The notes under the pieces were generated by a model that saw only the letters and a program-made list of their open reading frames with translations, did no database searches and was not told the DNA's origin. Both the position numbers and the translations under genes were made by a program. 64,000 nt of DNA from Octopus vulgaris (lineage: Eukaryota), in contig OX597822.1 of NCBI GenBank assembly GCA_951406725.2, positions 3,038,001 through 3,102,000 of the forward strand. The letters are read 5' to 3'. Below, one piece after another: positions 57,660-64,000 of the stretch (within the stretch, counting starts at the first letter, position 1; each line of letters begins with the position of its first letter).

Positions 57660-58142
57660 ATAATATTGTATGCATGTTCTTTTCTGTTTTTGAAAATATA
57701 GTTTGTGTATGTATGTCTGCATTAGCGTAGCGTTCTTTGAATGAAGAAATGCTTGATAGAGTGATTAAAAACAAGCAAGTACAATGCAAATTTACTATGA
57801 ACAAGTGGAAAAAAAAATATGAACAAAAAAACGACACTTTGAACTTGGACTGGTATTTTAATAGATAACTGGAATAAGAATATGATATAAACAGATTGAA
57901 ATTGTTACAATAATAAACTGAATATTATACCTGTCCTCGGATATCATATCTTTATTCTTTCATATCTGACCAAAAGATATCAGTTCCACTATACTCTGCG
58001 TATGAATATATCAAATACATAAAAATATTCATACGCGCATATATGCACACGCACTTAACTGCATGAGTATTTTGGATTAAATATATATATATATATATAT
58101 AGATAGATAGATCGATAGATAGATAGATAGATAGATAGGTAA

Positions 58143-58199
<57 letters not shown>

Positions 58200-58714
58200 C
58201 AGATAGATACAGATATAGATATAGATAGATAGATAGATGCGCATAGTATTATACGCATCTTTTCTGTTTTTGAATATATAAACTGAGTGTGTATGTACGT
58301 ATGCATGTATTAGCATAAGAATGAAGAAATGCTTGAGTGGTCGAAATTGTATGAATGCATGAGAGTACAATGGAAATTTACTTTGAACAAGTGATAAAAA
58401 ATGGAGCACAAAACGACACTGGGAACTTAAGCTGATACTTTAATAATTCGGAGTAAAATCCTTTTACCAAGAGAAGACTGAGAATGATGTGGATGTGGCA
58501 TCTTTTGCTCCGATAAGTGGAAGGCGAAGGCGACATAAACAGACTGATATTGTTACAATAATAAACTGAATATTATATCTCTCTTCGGATATCTTATCTT
58601 CATATCTGACCAAGAGGTATCAGCTCCACAACATCCTCTGTACTAATGCATCCTAAACACATAAAAACATTCATACATGTACATATACACACTCATTTAA
58701 CTACATGCGTATTT
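57653..58714 (+). repeat. Old diverged tandem duplication (~57653-58072 and ~58237-58714) separated by (TA)/(GATA)n
   Basis: Shared blocks in the same order: ATGCGCATA.., GAATGAAGAAATGCTTGA, AAACGACACT, TTGTTACAATAATAAACTGAATATTATA, CATATCTGACCAA. Confidence 0.8.
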
Positions 58715-58722
58715 ATATACAT

Positions 58723-58778
<56 letters not shown>

Positions 58779-58899
58779 CTATAAATAAGTTTATAGTCTA
58801 TAGCTTATTTATAGTTGTAAAAAATTATTACCTTTGTATGGTATTTATTCCTTTGCTGGCCACTTGATAGTATCGATATTTAAATATCGATATTATCCT

Positions 58900-58993
<94 letters not shown>

Positions 58994-59501
58994 TGGCATT
59001 TCATGCAAAACTTTACTGAGTGAACAAATCAGTTGTTAATTAGACAAGTCTGACGATTATAAGTATTTTTCTCTTGGCATTCCTTGAGCCTGCATCTGAC
59101 ATGAAACTAACAGTAGAGCACAGATGAATAATTCTGTATTGCCCATGAAAAAGTGAATATTTTGTTCTTGAGATAAATTAAGTACGAGTTGCGTATTGGT
59201 GGTCGATCTAATCCACTTAATCTCTTCATCTAAATTTCAGGCCTTCTGTCTATAATAGAAAAGATTATTTGAAGAATTTAAAGTCTCACAGCTGTTTGTG
59301 GGATATCCCAAAATACGGGATATTACGTCATCGGAGACAAATAGGGAATATGTGAAGGGTTTTAGAATAAGGAAATGATGGAATAAAGGATTGGAGAAAA
59401 AAGAAATGAAGGAAAAAGAAATTCACAGTTCAACTTTCCGATAGTATAGTTGGGTATATGTATGTAATTTTATGTAGAAGTAAAGATACATGCACACATA
59501 T

Positions 59502-59570
<69 letters not shown>

Positions 59571-59753
59571 CACATATATACATAAATACATGTATATAAA
59601 TATATACATATATACATATATACATGTATATAAATATATATATATATATATATGCATTTGCGTGTATCACATCTTCAGATACATGAGTAAACATACATAT
59701 ATGTGTGCGTGTGTATGTGTTTGCATGAAATTTCGTATCTTTGTGTACATACA

Positions 59754-59789
<36 letters not shown>

Positions 59790-60075
59790 TATATATACGG
59801 AGGCGCAAGGGCCCAGTGGTTAGGGCAGCGGACACGCGGTCGTAGGATCGCAGTTTCGATTCCCAGATCGTTGTGTTTATTGAGCAAAAAACCTAAAGCT
59901 CCGGCAGGGGGTGGTGGCAATCCCTGCTGTACTCTTTCGCCACAACTTTCTCTCACTCACACTTCTGTTGGCCTGCTTGCTTAGCCAGCGGGGTGGCGTC
60001 ATTTGAAACAATGCGAAGCGCATTGTGTCCAGCGATGTGTAGCAACATCTGATAGCCTGGTCGGTCAGGCTGATC

Positions 60076-60116
<41 letters not shown>

Positions 60117-60125
60117 AAGTAATTC

Positions 60126-60214
<89 letters not shown>

Positions 60215-60662
60215 ACACAAATATTCAATGTTCTTTTTCTGAAATAAGAAAAATGGATTATACATAAACAAACTTCCACCTTCCCATTTCTTCATCCATT
60301 GTGTTGCAATTTAGTTTCTTCCCTCTCCTCTTCCATCTTCCTCCCGCTCTCCCTCCTGCCCCTCTCTCTATTCTGATTACATCTGTTTTTGGCCAACTTT
60401 CACGATAATATACAAAACACACTGAAGTGTATGTATTGTATGCTGAAATTTACTCTGAACATTTCATTGAAATGATAAGGAATTGTATCGGTATAAAACA
60501 ATGGTGAATTCTTCACAAAATTTTATATTCATTGCATTCTTTCTCTTTCATATCCGTAGAGCATGTGTGTTTGTATATATATATATATGTATATATATAT
60601 ATACGTGTGTAAGTGTGTGTATTTATGGATGTATATATATGCATATATGTACACATACATAC

Positions 60663-60701
<39 letters not shown>

Positions 60702-60707
60702 TACATA

Positions 60708-60753
<46 letters not shown>

Positions 60754-61022
60754 CAGGCAAAGTACAGACAGGTATATATGTATGTATCTATGTATCTATC
60801 TATCTCCCCCTCTCTCTCTCTCTCAATATATATACATATATATATATATACACATATTTACTTACATACATACATATATAATTTCCATTGTATGTATGTA
60901 GTTAAGGGTGGTTCATAGATCGTTGGATAGGTAGATATATATATATAGATAGATAGAATTGACAGACACACAGATGGATAGATAGACAGATAGATAGATA
61001 GTTAGATATATAGATAGATAAG

Positions 61023-61093
<71 letters not shown>

Positions 61094-61440
61094 TTAGATA
61101 CATGCATGCATTCATACATAAACAGACAGACAGACGGACAGATAGATAGGTAGATAGAGAGTGAGAGAGGCAGACAGGTAGGTATACAGAATTACGTTTA
61201 AATAAGACTAATATTTATATAGTTATTCATCTGAGTAGTTTTGGGTATGAGTCTTTCTGATCACATATATATTTACACCTACAGATGCCTATGTAGGTTT
61301 GTGTTATTGTACGTATGCCTATACGTGTGCGTATGCTCACATGCTTTTCTGTATATATTCAGGAATATGCTTTTTTACATATTCATGAGCATGTATTTAA
61401 GATATGTGTATACATATACGCTTTGCTCCATGTCTGCGTG

Positions 61441-61562
<122 letters not shown>

Positions 61563-61746
61563 CCCTATCTGTCTATTTATCTATCTGTCTCTCTGTCTAT
61601 CTGAGTATCGATCCATCGATCGATTTATTTATATATTTATGCATATATCAATCTGATTGTACGCCTATCTCTCTCTGTCTCTCTGTCTCACTACAACCCT
61701 GTCTCTACATCTATTTCTCTCACTACGCTCTATATTTATTACTCCT

Positions 61747-61789
<43 letters not shown>

Positions 61790-61817
61790 ATATCTATATC
61801 TATATCTATCTATCTAA

Positions 61818-61877
<60 letters not shown>

Positions 61878-62731
61878 ATGTATATATATGTGTGTTTGTT
61901 TGTATATATATATATATGTATATATACACGCACACTTGCATACCTATATAGTTAAATAATAAGTGCATATGTCATATATTATATATATTCATATATATAT
62001 ATACTTTACGTATATACGTATGCATGCATGTATGTATGTATGCATCTGTATGTATGCATGTCTGTGTGCCTGTCTGTCTATGAGTGTGTACATATGTATC
62101 TGAATATATGTGAATGTATGCGTAATACGCTAAAGAATAGTTTTAGCTTGTTTCTAAAAGCTTTTAAAAGCCGAATGTCTCAATGCTAAAAGCTTTCAGC
62201 GATGTTGATGGGTAGAAATGCGAAAAGTCTCTCAGAAGCTAAAACCAAAAATATTAACCATTGTTCATTGTAATTTTTCAAAAATTTCAGAAATTATAAA
62301 TAACAACTCGTGTCTCAATTGAACACATGATGGTGAAGAAAAATATCTTTGGAACGATGTCTGGCCTTCACAATGGTTAAAGGAGGGCAGTGGAGGCGGC
62401 AATAACAGGACAAGAATCATAACATAAACAAATACATAAGAAGCAAGAGACAAACAACAATAATAAAAAAAAAACCTACAGGAACAAGAACAACAATAAC
62501 AATAACCACTACTACAACAGTAACTACAAACACTACCACCACCAGCACCAGCACCAGTACCAGCACCACCATAACAAGAACGGTATTAATAGGAACAATA
62601 AGTGGAAAACAAAATGTCGCTGCACGCAGAGCATCTTTGAGCGAAATACATTGCGATAATCGCGTAGATCTTGTCTTGAAAGACTACTGCTGCTGCTGCT
62701 ACTACTACTACTACTACCACCAAAACCAAAG

Positions 62732-62776
<45 letters not shown>

Positions 62777-62846
62777 ACAACAACACAACCACTACTACTA
62801 CTTCTACCACCACCACTACCACCGCCACTACTATTACTACTACTAT

Positions 62847-62884
<38 letters not shown>

Positions 62885-63011
62885 TCTATTACTACTACTA
62901 CTACTTCAGATGATGATGTTGATGATGAAAAAAACACTATCCCCTCCAATACCAATGACAGTCATTGTAGTAGTAATGAAGATGATAAAAGTATTAATAA
63001 CAGTAACAACA

Positions 63012-63083
<72 letters not shown>

Positions 63084-63289
63084 TCTACTATAGGCACAAG
63101 GTCTGAAGGTTTCGGAGAGGGGACCCTTCGATTAGATCGACCCCAGTACGCAACTGGTACTTAATTTATCGACCCCGAAAGGCAAAGTCAGCCTCGGCAG
63201 AATTTGAACTCAGAACGTATATACAGTCGAAATAACGCTAAGCATTTCCTCCGGCATGCTAACGATTCTGCCAGCTCACCAGCTTATTA

Positions 63290-63740
<451 letters not shown>

Positions 63741-64000
63741 AGCAAACTTAGAAGCTAAGGAAACAAATTTTCTGCTGAAATGACAGTAATAACAATATCA
63801 ACAACATTATTCTATGAAAACAAGGAGAGACCAGGAGACGTGCGAACAACACCCACACCATCACCACCAACACCAACACCAACTACAAAAGCAATAACTG
63901 AAATAGCAACAAGGAGATCATCATTAGTAGCAGTACAAGTAACAACAGAAACAACAGAAACAACCGCTGAAGCCGTGCGGTTGTATTGACGGAAGTTTTA

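Overview
AT-rich, microsatellite-saturated eukaryotic DNA. The SINE families and repeat landscape resemble octopus/coleoid cephalopod, which is my inference. The only convincing host coding sequence is a ~2.1-kb terminal exon (23086-25203, +) of a Polycomb/CBX-family gene ending in a Pc-box. I found no chromodomain exons, so they probably lie upstream of the window. Nearly all other ORFs in the track are microsatellite translations. The rest is a dense mobilome: four tRNA-derived SINE families, R4/Dong-like and CR1-like LINE fragments, a ~550-bp element inserted in (AAT)n, a non-autonomous Helitron, a mariner remnant with a GC-rich interior, a TIR MITE carrying TTAGGG tracts, and several foldback elements. 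The most notable signal is a set of short cassettes in or beside (TA)n tracts that carry type-I minimal hammerhead-ribozyme folds (Penelope pLTR/retrozyme-like). One has an intact catalytic core (16949-17009), and others show compensatory stem changes or head-to-head pairing. The (TA)n tracts also appear to capture DNA, including an inverted copy of nearby sequence. All folds and alignments were done by eye.
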